DNA of 63,035 bases, filler included, from Octopus bimaculoides (taxonomy: Eukaryota): assembly GCF_001194135.2 (NCBI RefSeq). It is 3 parts of 3 records of this genome, joined end to end, with 100 filler letters (N's around TTAATTAATTAA, not from the genome) between each part and the next. Parts side by side here need not be neighbours in the genome. Positions count along the whole stretch, not along the records: positions 14,293 to 39,244 come from NC_068982.1; positions 39,345 to 63,035 come from NC_068987.1; 1 more part is not named here. The stretch is one strand, 5' to 3'. Positions within the stretch are counted from its first letter, which is position 1. Each line of letters starts with the position of its first letter. The notes beneath the pieces were generated by a model, which did no database searches, had not been told where the DNA came from, and worked only from the letters and a program-made list of their open reading frames with translations. Position numbers and translations under genes: made by a program. Positions 27,489 to 39,972 of the stretch are shown one piece after another.

Positions 27489-29608
27489 AAAGAGACATAT
27501 TGTCGACATTCCATATTGCCTATCCAATTGCAATCGCTTAATGCATGTACGTGTTTGTGTGTAAACATATACGGGAATATACATATGTTAAATATAAATG
27601 CCTTCACTGTATATGTGCATACAAGTATTTATGTATGAGAGTATCTAATGTATTCCTGTAGTAGTTATCTGTAGATTTATCTCGGTTTCTGTGTGTGCAG
27701 GAAGCTACAATGAGGCCAAAAAGTATCAGCCCCGTTCTAATTCGTGTGCATTGCTGACATCTTTAGATGGCTATCTCTATTTGCGTCATCATAACAAGAG
27801 CTGGAGATATATAATGTCCTGGGTAGTAACCGAATACAGCGTGTTGGTGTCAAATAAAGATGAAATATCCACTGAAAACGTTATTGAAAGTTTTCCATTT
27901 AATTTTTCTGTTGAAATTATCTGAAAAAAATTTGCAATTATGAAGGCGGCAAGTTACTTGGACTAATGTAATTTCTTGAAAAAATGTAACAATTCCATCA
28001 TGACAGTTATTTAAAAAATGCATATAACGTCTTATTCATCTTCTTATTTTGTAACATGGTAATATGTTAGTAAGATTTTTAAAGGCGGCGAGCGGGCAAA
28101 ATCGTTACAGCGCCGGGTAAAATGCTTAGCGGCATTTCGTTCGTCTTTATGTTCTGAGTTCAAATTCCGCCGAGGTCGACTTTGCCTTTGCCTTTCATCC
28201 TTTCCGAGGTGATAATGGTGTGAGGAGGATGTAAAATAAGTGCCAGTTGAAAACTGGGGTCGGTGTAAATTTCCTCGAAATTACTAACCTTGTGCTAACA
28301 TTTTAAACCAATATAATAATATATTTTTTTCTTTATTTTTAATGCGGGAGACAATGTGGTATCCATGGCCCTTGACAGGGCCACCGAGTGGTGAAAAGAA
28401 GGTTTCCTCAAGCGGAAGACCTTACCCGAGTGCTTGCAGCAGAGAGGAGTTCGCAAAACGCACCGAAGGTTCCAGGTAATGGTATTAAACCTGGCTACGG
28501 ATTAGGTCTACCTCCAGAAATGTGTCATTACGTCTCAAAATATTTCCCTCTATACCTGCATATATTCCACTCTATATTTTTGTAATTAGCAGAACATTAA
28601 TTTTCTCCTATACTATAAGCTGGCCTACTTAATGAACATTTATCAAGTGAAATCTTTCAGCGTAAAGCAGTTACAGTTTTTAAAATATTTTCATTTAATG
28701 TCAATGATTTAAAATAATATTTATTTTTGCATATAGATGAAACCGCACCTAGTTTCTGACAGCTACGATCTCGTAGTCTCGCTATTTTGTTAGTTTAAAG
28801 ACAGTCGCAAGTGTTGGCCAACAGAATCGATAACTTGGCATACCATACAAAAAAGTATGTTAAATCTATTTTTCACTTCAAAGAAGTCTCTAGTTTGGTA
28901 TCTATATATAAACATAGACTGCGACACAAATCCGGTAGAGAATGTTCTTTCTCAAAGGAATTACGGCATGTTCCGGGGGCCGAATATATCCATGTTCTTC
29001 TGGGCTGGAAATTTCGGCTGATCTAGAATGCAATAGGCATTTAATTTTACATGCCTAAAGATTCATCCCTAACCACGAAATAAAAATTTTATTTCCTACA
29101 ATCACAGATCCTCCATGTATGTCTTAGCAACTGAATATTCTGGTGTCAACATAAGTAATGCAAATATTATTTTGTACATAAATATTTATTTAACGCAACT
29201 TGTTATAACTGAGTCTTCAAAATAAAGGAACATATTTTTTCCTGCTATCACAATGTGTTGGAAAGCAAAAATAACATATACTTCTCTGTATTCGGTTTTA
29301 GACCCAGAGATATATCTAACAACTATCAGTCCTCGTTGTCAAAAGTTGATTTCATTCTGTCTTGTTTTTGGTTCTGCTGCTATACATGTCTTTATCGTTT
29401 ATCTTTTACTTGTTTCACTCATTTGACTGCGGCCATGATGGAGCTTTGAAGGGTTTTAGTCGAACAAATTGACCCCAGGACTAATTTTTTTAAAGCCTAG
29501 TACTTATTCTATCGGTCTCTTTTCTGGAGCCGGTAAGTTATGGGGAGGTAAACACACCAGCACCGGTTGTCATGTGGTAGTGGGGGACAAACATAGACAC
29601 AAACACAA

Positions 29609-29652
<44 letters not shown>

Positions 29653-29954
29653 CAGGCTTCTTTCAGTTTTGACCTACCATATCCATTCACAAGACTTTGG
29701 TCTGCCCAGGACTACAGGAGAAGGCACTAGCCTGAGTTGCCACGCAATGGGATTGAACTGGGAGTTACGTGGTTGAGAAATAAGCTTTTTACCACACAGC
29801 TACGCCGCCACGCCTATATTTATTAATAAAGTATTCCAAATGCCATCAGGATCATTATTCTGGTTGTAAGGAAGGCTCGGAATATTTCAGCAATTGATGC
29901 AACCATTCAGAGGGAGAGAGGTGTATCGTGTTAAACTGTAATTCAGTTTATGTA

Positions 29955-30335
29955 ATGATGATCTCTGACTGTGGAGGGGACTTGTGGAATAGGCAGACCA
30001 GGAAGACAAGGGATGAGGTAGTGGAGCATGATCTTCGAACGATGGGCTTCACGGAGTCGATAACAAGTGACCGAGACCATTGGTGATATGCTGTGCTTGA
30101 GAAAGCTCGTCAAGACAGGTGAAATCATAGTCATAGCCGATGCCTGAGTCAGGCGACTGGCACCCGTGCCGGTATCACGTAAAGAGCACCCATTACTCTC
30201 TTGGAGTGGTTGGCATTAGGAAGGGCATCCAGCCGAAGAAACCATGCCAAATCAGATTCTTCGGCTTACCAGTTCCATTTAAACTGTCTAACCCATGCCA
30301 GCATGGAAAGCAGAGGCTAAATGATGATGATGATG
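29955..30335 (+). mobile_element. 5'-truncated RTE-type LINE 3' end with (GAT)n tail
   Basis: Across a frameshift: GRP.KT.DEVVEHDLRTMGFTESITSDRDHW (RTE C-terminal GRP..TW...DL...DR..W motif), then a 3' UTR ending AACCCATGCCAGCATGGAAAG..GATGATGAT. Confidence 0.75.
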
Positions 30336-30878
30336 AAAGTCAGAAAGAAACTTTTTAGTTATCCGCTTTTGATGAGAACATCTTGAAAAGTATGCAAAAG
30401 GAGAACGAAACATCGGGCTGTTCATGTTTCTGTTTTATGAGATTAAGAATCACTTTTTATTATCAACTTAGAATGAATATGAGGCAATATTAAGAGAATT
30501 TACTTAGAATGTAACATTGCAGTCTTTTTTCCTATTTTGAGAATAAATTGCATTACTATTAATTTGAAGTTATTTTACCGTTTCGCCATGGTGACCGAAC
30601 TCTAAGTGTAATTTACACATTCACTATAGATATGGTTAGGAGATACTGGCGCACTTCGATACTTATTCGAGAAGCCCCTAGGCCCAAATACCATTCTAAA
30701 TTTTATTACAGTACTGCAGATGTGACTGTGTGGTAAGAAGTTTGCTTTCTAACCTCATGGTTCCGGGTTCAGACCAACTGCGTGGCACCTTGGGCAAAAT
30801 GTCTCCTACTATAGTCTCGGACCGCCCAAAGCCTTGTGAATGGATTTCAGTGACGGAAATTGAAAACAGCCCGTTGAA

Positions 30879-30922
<44 letters not shown>

Positions 30923-31008
30923 NNNNNNNNNNNNNNNNNNNNNNNNNNNNNNNNNNNNNNNNNNNNNNNNNNNNNNNNNNNNNNNNNNNNNNNNNNNNNN
31001 NNNNNNNN

Positions 31009-31448
31009 AAGGGAGCACGTGTAGAGTTCTACATATTACATTCAGTGTATCCTTTCAAATGTCTTCAATCTGGCGCGCTAAGTCCGGAAATAATTCTGCA
31101 GTTAGTAAATTTTTGCAGCTGATTTACCGGTTTGAGAACATCATTATTTAAAATTTATTAATGAGGGTAGAAATTGATATTAATCAATTAAAACCAGTGG
31201 TCTAGCATATTAAAAAAATCCGAAGATTAAAAGATTTTTTCTTTTAATATGCTAGACCACTGGTTTTAATTGATTAATATCAATTTCTACCCTCATTAAT
31301 AAATTTTAAATAATGATGTTCTCAAACCGGTAAATCAGCTGCAAAAATTTACTAACTGCAGAATTATTTCCGGACTTAGCGCGCCAGATTGAAGACATTT
31401 GAAAGGATACACTGAATGTAATATGTAGAACTCTACACGTGCTCCCTT
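31009..31448. repeat. Perfect inverted repeat, 207 bp arms, 26 nt spacer
   Basis: 31009-31215 is the reverse complement of 31242-31448 with no mismatch that I could find; it abuts an N gap. Confidence 0.95.
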
Positions 31449-31916
31449 TCGGGTGGATGTATTGTGTCAAGTTCTGGAAATTATATTTCAAATCGACAGA
31501 CTACGCTGATGATCCTGCAGATATTTATTTATGTAAATTTTAACAGGTGAAACCATGGTACGTAGGTTAATCGTCTTTTTATTTAGTATTTTTTCATTTG
31601 TCTTGCCATTTTACGGTCTGTTGTGTCGCTGAATTTTTACTGAGAACATATTTTTTTCGTGGTTAGATGATTCGGCATCTATTTCTAGCATATAGGAGTC
31701 CACTTTTGCTGGTCATTCCTCTTATTTTTGTATGTATGTATGTATGTATATATAGGCGCAGGTGTGGCTGTGTGATAAGTATCTTGCCTCCCAACCACAT
31801 GGTTCTGGGTCCAATCTCACTGCGTGGTACCTTGGGCAAGTGTCTTCTACTATAGCCTCGGGCTGACTAAATCCTTGTGAGTGGATTCGATAGACGGAAA
31901 CTGAAAGAAGCCTATT

Positions 31917-31949
<33 letters not shown>

Positions 31950-32154
31950 ATTATATCTGTGTTTGTCCCCCTCCACCGCTTGACAACTGGTGTTGGTGTC
32001 TTTACTTCCCTGTAACTTACCGGCTCGAGAAAAGAGACCGATAGAATAAGTACTAGGCTTTAAAAAAATAAATCCCGGGATCGGTTTGCTCGATTAAAAT
32101 CCTTCAAGGCGGTGCTCCAGCACAGCCGCAGTTAAGCATGTAATACATACATAC

Positions 32155-32189
<35 letters not shown>

Positions 32190-32200
32190 CATATATATAC

Positions 32201-32232
<32 letters not shown>

Positions 32233-32750
32233 ATACTCTTTTACTTGTTTCAGTCATTTGACACACACGCACACGCACACATATATCACATATATATATA
32301 TATATGCATGTATACGACGGGCTTCCTTCAGTTTCCGTCTACCAAATCCACTCACAAGGCTTTGGTCGGCCCGAGGCTACAGTAGAAGACACTTGCCCAA
32401 GATGCTACACAGTGGGAATGAACCCGGAACCATGTGGTTAGTAGGCAAGCTAGTTACAACACAGCCAATATATATAGTGTTTGTTCTTGTTTTTGTGATC
32501 ATTAAACTGTTTATTGGAAATATACAGTTTGTATAGTAAAATTAATGAATAAAGTTTTTAACTTATTTCACGTCTTACTGGGCATTTCTTTGTAAGACTT
32601 TGTTTTCGCCCACATCAACCAGACATTTGGCATTTTATCAACACCAGATGGCTTCCAATTTTCTTAAGTGATTTCTGTTGTTATCTACGTCCAGTTTGGT
32701 TCGGGATATTTTTGTTTTATTCTTTTATTCTTTTACTTGTTTCAGTCATT

Positions 32751-32985
32751 TGACAGCAGCCATGCTGGGGCACCGCTTTTAGACGAGCAAATCGACCCCA
32801 GGACTTATTCTTTGTAAGCCCAGTACTTATCCTATCGGTCTCTTTTGCGGAACCGCTAAGTTTACGATCCCGTAACTTAGCGGTTCCGCAAAAGAGACCG
32901 ATAGGATAAGTACTGGGCTTACAAAGAATAAGTCCTGGGGTCGATTTGCTCGTCTAAAAGCGGTGCCCCAGCATGGCTGCTGTCA
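32751..32985. repeat. Perfect foldback of a family-B SINE 3' half, 112 bp arms
   Basis: 32751-32862 is the reverse complement of 32874-32985; both arms share the same non-consensus bases. Confidence 0.95.
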
Positions 32986-34389
32986 GATGTGTGCGTATGT
33001 ATGTAGTAGAAGACACTTGCCCAAGATGTCACGCAGTGGGACTGAATCCGGAACTATGTGGTTGGTAAGCAAGCTACTTGCCACACAACCACTCCTTGTT
33101 TATTATTACTATTATTAATATCAGTTATAAAGCAGTTGAAGATAATTTCTTCGTTCCTTTTGTTTGCATATTTCATTTCATGAGCTGGAACTGGTATTTG
33201 TGACATACATGCATTCCTCAATAGAATGTGCAACACAGGTTAGAGGCTTCTCATCAGCAAACAGAATGTGAAGAAATAACCACAGACAAATTTTGTAATC
33301 AAATTGAATTTATATTAGTATATAATTTGTTTCAAATTTTGGTACAAGGCCAGCAAATTAGTGGGAGGGATTAAGACGATTACATCTACCCAAGTGATAA
33401 ATTGGTACTTATTTCATCGACCCCGAAATGATGATAGGCGAAGCTGACTTCGGCGGAATTTAAACTCAGAACGTAAAGACGGGTGAAATGCCGCTAAGCA
33501 TTTTGCCTGACATGCTAACGATTCTGCCAGCTCGCCGTCTTATATCAGTATATTATTGCTAAATATTTTATTCAACCCAAGTATTGAACCTAAATATTTT
33601 GTTGAAACTAAAGTTCATCCTACCATGATTTCAATACTGATTAGTAAAGCACCGAACCAATTAAATATCTACTCCATATATGCAAACTCTGTTGAGTATA
33701 AGCCGCAAACTCCGAAAGCATTAACCGCAAACCCTGTAAATATAAGACTGCCATCTGACTGCACAGATAAAACGCAGCNNNNNNNNNNNNNNNNNNNNNN
33801 NNNNNNNNNNNNNNNNNNNNNNNNNNNNNNNNNNNNNNNNNNNNNNNNNNNNNNNNNNNNNNNNNNNNNNNNNNNNNNNNNNNNNNNNNNNNNNNNNNNN
33901 NNNNNNNNNNNNNNNNNNNNNNNNNNNNNNNNNNNNNNNNNNNNNNNNNNNNNNNNNNNNNNNNNNNNNNNNNNNNNNNNNNNNNNNNNNNNNNNNNNNN
34001 NNNNNNNNNNNNNNNNNNNNNNNNNNNNNNNNNNNNNNNNNNNNNNNNNNNNNNNNNNNNNNNNNNNNNNNNNNNNNNNNNNNNNNNNNNNNNNNNNNNN
34101 NNNNNNNNNNNNNNNNNNNNNNNNNNNNNNNNNNNNNNNNNNNNNNNNNNNNNNNNNNNNNNNNNNNNNNNNNNNNNNNNNNNNNNNNNNNNNNNNNNNN
34201 NNNNNNNNNNNNNNNNNNNNNNNNNNNNNNNNNNNNNNNNNNNNNNNNNNNNNNNNNNNNNNNNNNNNNNNNNNNNNNNNNNNNNNNNNNNNNNNNNNNN
34301 NNNNNNNNNNNNNNNNNNNNNNNNNNNNNNNNNNNNNNNNNNNNNNNNNNNNNNNNNNNNNNNNNNNNNNNNNNNNNNNNNNNNNNNNN

Positions 34390-34942
34390 ATAAAATTCCC
34401 AAGGGAATTCCCTAGAAAGATATATTATTGAACTAAGGGACCGTCAACATCAGAAGCATAATGCTACGTATGCCAGGCCAACCTGTCGCAACCCACTTCA
34501 ACACTGTGAACCATTCTATTGCAGATTTATCAGTGTGTGGCATGGTCTTGCATCACGGACCCCATTTATTTGGGAAACGAAAGGAGCAACGTCTCATATT
34601 TGAACTTAGCACTATCTCCCCAACAAGTATGAATGAACGTTTTTCCTTTCATCCTTTCACCTCTTAATTCATTTTTACCCTTTTAAATCCTCCTTCCCCC
34701 CCCCACCTCTCCCTGCAACATTCCCGTATTTACTTACCTTTACTCTCACCATTATCCTTTTCCTTCTCCTTTCTGCATGCCCTCTCCTATAACTTCTGCT
34801 TCACTTTAGCAGCCCGTGTTATTCTACGTCCAATATCACAGTTGCAGCCAATTTTTCAAGCTGAGAGGATGTAAACTCTGACTTTTTCTCTTTATCTTCT
34901 CTTTTTCTCCTGACGAAGGATTGAATCCGAAACGTTGGATAT
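34390..34942 (+). mobile_element. Penelope-like element 3' remnant (GIY-YIG C-terminus, pyrimidine-rich UTR, hammerhead)
   Basis: PVATHFNTVNHSIADLSVCG..KRKEQRLIFELSTISPTSMNERF matches the PLE GIY-YIG tail (PVA.HFN..H..EQ.LIF.L.T..P.G.N); ends CTGACGAAGGATTGAATCCGAAACGTT. Confidence 0.8.
34905..34942 (+). ncRNA. Minimal type I hammerhead motif at a PLE terminus
   Basis: CTGACGA A GGAT tga ATCC GAAA C GTT: core and stem II intact, stem I weak (TTCTC/GGATA). Confidence 0.6.
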
Positions 34943-37744
34943 TCCACTCCTCACGGCAAGTTCACTGTACTCCTTTCACATGACCTGCAGCCACGGCCAC
35001 TCGCCAATACTGGCACAACTGATGACCTTTTAAACCCCACAATCAACAACCCTTCACAGTCGAGCTATCCACATTCCTCATTTTCTCTGAATACTACAAC
35101 TGACCCATCATCATGTCCTACTGCTAGTACCCTTACGACAATAAACAACAAGATTTGTAGCCATAGTCACTTCTCAATAATATTAAACAACACAGTCCCT
35201 AGCTCTTCACAATCAGGCTGCTCTCTAAGGATTATACAAGAGATCCATCACCGCTTATTCTACTACTACTACCTAGACCACTACTACTACTCTAATTAGT
35301 GAAGAACCACGCCTTTCTCTCCACACCACATTGTCCACATCAATCTGAATGTATACCTCACAGCTCCATGATGAATCTGCCAACAAGTAAAATCTATGAA
35401 CACATGAATCCCAAGATATTCTGGTTTTCTCAACGCAAGAGATTATGCATGCACAGTGGCTGCAACTTCATTCATTTACCCGGGACAAGACGCACAATTC
35501 GAACAAGCAATACCAGCCAACGCCAAAGCATATATCTTACAACACCCACCGCCGTTTAGTCCCAGGTAAGCCCGAATTAAATAGATCTAAAATCAAAATT
35601 GCTCCAATCGTGATCATCTCTTTTTCTTTTTTCTTTGTTCTAGCTCAGTGCATCTAGAACGGTACCATGTTGTAAGTATTTCCTTTTTTAAGAAATGTAG
35701 GATGCAACTTCTGAAAATATTTGTCTGCTTTTTCTACCAGGTTGAACGACCAATTAAAGCCAGTTGGTTTCAATATAAACATGATATTTATATCGAAGTG
35801 ACTACAGTGGTTACCTTTTGAAATATATGCTCCTGACAACTCATTTAAATTATTTTCTCTTTTTAATAAAGGCCATATTAAATTTGAATTATTTGGGACT
35901 AATCAGAATCGACAAAATCTGAAATTCTTTATGACGCAATCACAAAAGGATACGCAGTCCCTATTTTCTCTTTGCAGGGCCTCCGAGATAAGAACGGTGA
36001 ATACAGTTTCTTCAGTGGAAAACAGTATATTAAAATAGAGATCTGTTTCTAACAAGAGTAGACTCTACAAAAAGCACACAAATACCATTGATGTTGTTAA
36101 TCCGGACTACATATTAAGTTCAATAAGTTTCTGTACTATTTCAGTCTACATGATGTTACTCAAGAAACGTATGGCGACACGAGGCCATGGTTGAAGATAT
36201 TTGGTCAGTGTGTCGCACGGTGGAAAAGAAACCCCAGAAATACATAGTTACAAAGGAGATTTCTTGAACACACGACCAGTGAATGTCTACGGACCATATT
36301 TCTGCTCACTACAATCGGGACGGAGATGGCTAACCGCAAGTGCGAACCCTGTGAGTCAGAGTGGCTGTTCCAGCACATCTTCCTCGCCATTCTTCGAGGC
36401 AACACCTTTTCATTTGGTCTAATAGGGCCATGGGGTGGTCTAAATAACAGGAAATCGAGATAATGTAAGAATTTGCTAGCTTAATACTCGTAGTCGGACA
36501 TATAGATGAAGCTACACTTGATTCATAAATTTGTAAGGTACAATGTCACAAGAAAAGGAAGAAGGGGAAAGGAGAAAGAACGACTACATTAGCACTATTT
36601 CTACGACCACAACGACCACCTTACGCCAATAAACTTGAAACTTAACAGTGAAACTCGTTTTATCCTTCTCGAAAAGGTAATATACTTAATATAACCGTAC
36701 TTTATAAAGTGTACAGCGTGAGCCTGTCAAGACAAAAGGCTTTATGCTTGCCATTAGTGGAAGACAGTTAATTATTCTAGTTCTGTAATGTAAGAGCAAA
36801 TTGATACTACCAGATAATTTTCCCAGTGAGAGTTAGTTAAGACATACAGTAAGAAGGAAAACAAGATTGAGAGAACGGTGGACATCCACGCGTCCGCATC
36901 GTTTCCGGGTCATTACACAAGGACTAAGTTGATGGATATACACTGTGACATGCAAGATAAAAACAGCAGACTAAAACCAAAATGTTAATAACATATCACC
37001 ATTTGAGCCAATGTGATGAACGCGCGCGCGCGCATATGCATACCCCCACACAAACACCTTCACCCAAAGACACACTAACTAGTATACGCATAATGCATAG
37101 ACAACGTTTAAATGATGATTTGAAATAAGATATAAGACAAGTTTAGCCTCACGGTCAAATATAAGCAAATATAAATATATCTTTAACTCTCCGTTGACAG
37201 AGAAAATGAGTTTAATCTAATCGGTTTTGACTAGTTTTGGAATCTCATTAGAGAAAAAAATACCCGTTCCTTATAATGTGATTTAGACTCAGAGATTGGT
37301 TAATAGCTTATTTAGTGTGAGAATACATTGATACGCAGCTGAAATTGGGACAAAACGCCATACCTCATCTTATACAGCCGGTATGTGCAATCATTCTCAA
37401 CGCCTTCATCCGCCATCGATGCACCACTCCCACCATCTTTATCACCTCACTTACTATAACCATCTTCATATATCTCTGACCTCTATCTCTGCAGCTGTTC
37501 ATCTCCATCCTGCTCGTCCCTCATTGAAAGAACGTGTTTACATTCGTGCTTCACCCACAATGAAGCTTTATCAAATTCATATTTCAGTTCTTTTGATTTA
37601 CTACAGGCTCAAAATTTAAAATTTGGTCGGAGGCAAGATAGTCGATTACATCGACTCCAGTGCTCAACTGTTACTTCATTCATCGACCACGAAAGAATGG
37701 AAAGCGAAATCGACCTCAGTAGAATTTGAACTTAGTACGTAAAG

Positions 37745-38490
37745 AGCCGCGCAGTATTTCTCCCTTGCTCGTCGATTTTTGCGATGGCTGAAACGAAGGA
37801 ACAGCGTGCTTCCATGAAATAATGTTTTCTGCTGAGGAAAACGGCGGCTGAAACAGTTATCGAGCTTCAAATAGCTTACAAGGATGCTACCATGAGCAGA
37901 ACACAAGTTTACGAGTAGTTTTCAAGCTTTAGGAAACGCTACTTGTCGCTTGAAGTCCAACCTCGTTCAGAGTGACCGTCTACCTTCCGAATGAATGAAA
38001 ACATGAAAATTCATGAACTGATTTTAGATAACTATCACCGAACGATTGACGAGAATATTGATATGACTGGTGTATCCGGGAGTTCTACCAGCGAATTTTG
38101 AACGACGGATTGCGAATGAAAAGAGTTGCAGTAAAATTTGTGCCCCGCTCGCTCTCGGAAGATCGAAAGCAGTCACAATTGAAAGCTTGCTGTGGATTGA
38201 AAGAACAGTTGGATGTTGATATGGACCTTTTTTCGAAGGTCATCACTGGTGACGAAAGCTGGTGCTACACTGTTTGCAGATGTGGAAGAGGTGGAAAAAA
38301 GAAATCGTGGAGGCGTTAAAAGGCATAACTTTGCAAGACTTCCAGTATAGCTTCGAACAGTGGACAACGAGTCTGGGACGATGCATTGCTTCAACTAGAG
38401 AATAATTTGAAGGCGATAAAAGTGTAAACATGTAAAACTAAGGGAATAAAATAATATTGCAAAATTCCGGTTTCTTTTGAGCATCCCTCG
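37745..38490 (+). mobile_element. Internally deleted mariner
   Basis: EQRASMK*CFLLRKTAAETV, SRTQVYE, RVAVKFVPR, KVITGDESWCY, then a jump to the C-terminus and a 3' end TTCCGGTTTCTTTTTGAGCATCCCTCG-TA. Confidence 0.88.
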
Positions 38491-38551
38491 TATATGTATA
38501 TATATTCTCAATTTAAATTAAATGCTTTTCAAGTGACACCAAATGCTTTCT

Positions 38552-38595
<44 letters not shown>

Positions 38596-38596
38596 A

Positions 38597-38663
<67 letters not shown>

Positions 38664-39107
38664 GTATGTATGTATATGGGTGTGCGCATGTATATATGTT
38701 GTACGTATATATGTATGATGTATATATGTATATATGCATATATGTGTGTATATGTATATTACATATGGAAAAGGGCAGAGCTCATTATCTTCCAGAGCCT
38801 CCAATACAACACACATACGCGCACACATATGTCTAGCTGTACATACATACGTGCGTATGTGTGTTTGTTTATAAGCCAAGAGCAACAATGAAAAAAAAAA
38901 CACAGCACGTGTCATTTTGTATACAATATAATGGGTAGAATTTTTGAAAGACGATAAAAGAAAGGCAGAAAAAAACTGACTTGGGGGAGGGAGAGATAAA
39001 ATTAATGGGCAGACCAAAATTGGGGAAAGGTGCAGTCCTTAGAAAACAAGTCGTGTGCGGTGCGTGTCTTAAAAACTGGTTGTGTATTTGTAGCTTATCT
39101 ATATAAT

Positions 39108-39145
<38 letters not shown>

Positions 39146-39344
39146 CACACACATAAATATACACATATATAATTACACACACTTATATAAATGCAAAAAA
39201 TATGCCTATGTATATAAACATAAACAAACATATATATATATGTANNNNNNNNNNNNNNNNNNNNNNNNNNNNNNNNNNNNNNNNNNNNTTAATTAATTAA
39301 NNNNNNNNNNNNNNNNNNNNNNNNNNNNNNNNNNNNNNNNNNNN

Positions 39345-39555
39345 GTGGCCGTTTTCGTGCGGGTGACACGTAAAAGCACCCACTACACTCTCTGAGTGGT
39401 TGGCGTTAGGAAGGGCATCCAGCTGTAGAAACTCTGCCAAATCAGACTGGAGCCTGGTGTTGCCATCCGGTTTCACCAGTCCTCAGTCAAATCGTCCAAC
39501 CCATGCTAGCATGGAAAGCGGACGTTAAACGATGATGATGATGATGATGATGATA
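39345..39555 (+). mobile_element. RTE-3'-UTR-like repeat with (GAT)n tail (family D, representative)
   Basis: CACCCACTACACTCTCTGAGTGGTTGGCGTTAGGAAGGGCATCCAG..AACCCATGCTAGCATGGAAAGCGGACGTTAAACGATGAT. Other copies near 30150, 45110, 46520, 58775, 61480 and 62980. Confidence 0.85.
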
Positions 39556-39676
39556 TATATATGCAACAGGCTCCTTTTACAGTTCTATATTTAAGAGATG
39601 AGGAATTATGTACATTATTTACATTATTTACCTTATTTACATTCAACGGATATTTGTCCTCATTTTCTTTGTTGTC

Positions 39677-39722
39677 AACACAACGTTTCAGCTGATATAC
39701 CCTCCAGCCTTCTTCAGGTGTC
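39677..39722 (-). ncRNA. Minimal type I hammerhead ribozyme motif (best-preserved copy)
   Basis: GACAC CTGAAGA A GGCTG gagggtatat CAGCT GAAA C GTT GTGTT: stem I GACAC/GTGTT, stem II with one G.U, palindromic ACGT in place of stem III. Confidence 0.7.
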
Positions 39723-39926
39723 TTGGGGAAATTTCGAACCTGGGTTCTCATTCCTAAGGTGTTTTTTGATGTTGTTGTTGTTATTATTATTATCATTATT
39801 ATTATCATTATTGTTCAGGTCACTGCTTGGAATCGAACTCAGAATCTTGGGGTTAGTAGCCCATGCTCTTAACCACTACACCATATGCCTGTGGGCATAT
39901 GGCATAGTGGTTCGAAATTTCCACAA

Positions 39927-39972
39927 GACACCTGAAGAAGGCTGGAGGGTCTATCAGCCAAAACGTTGTGTT
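39927..39972 (+). ncRNA. Hammerhead motif, probably inactivated (GAAA to AAAA)
   Basis: GACAC CTGAAGA A GGCTG..CAGCC AAAA C GTT GTGTT; the core G is lost by a CpG-to-CpA change. Confidence 0.55.
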
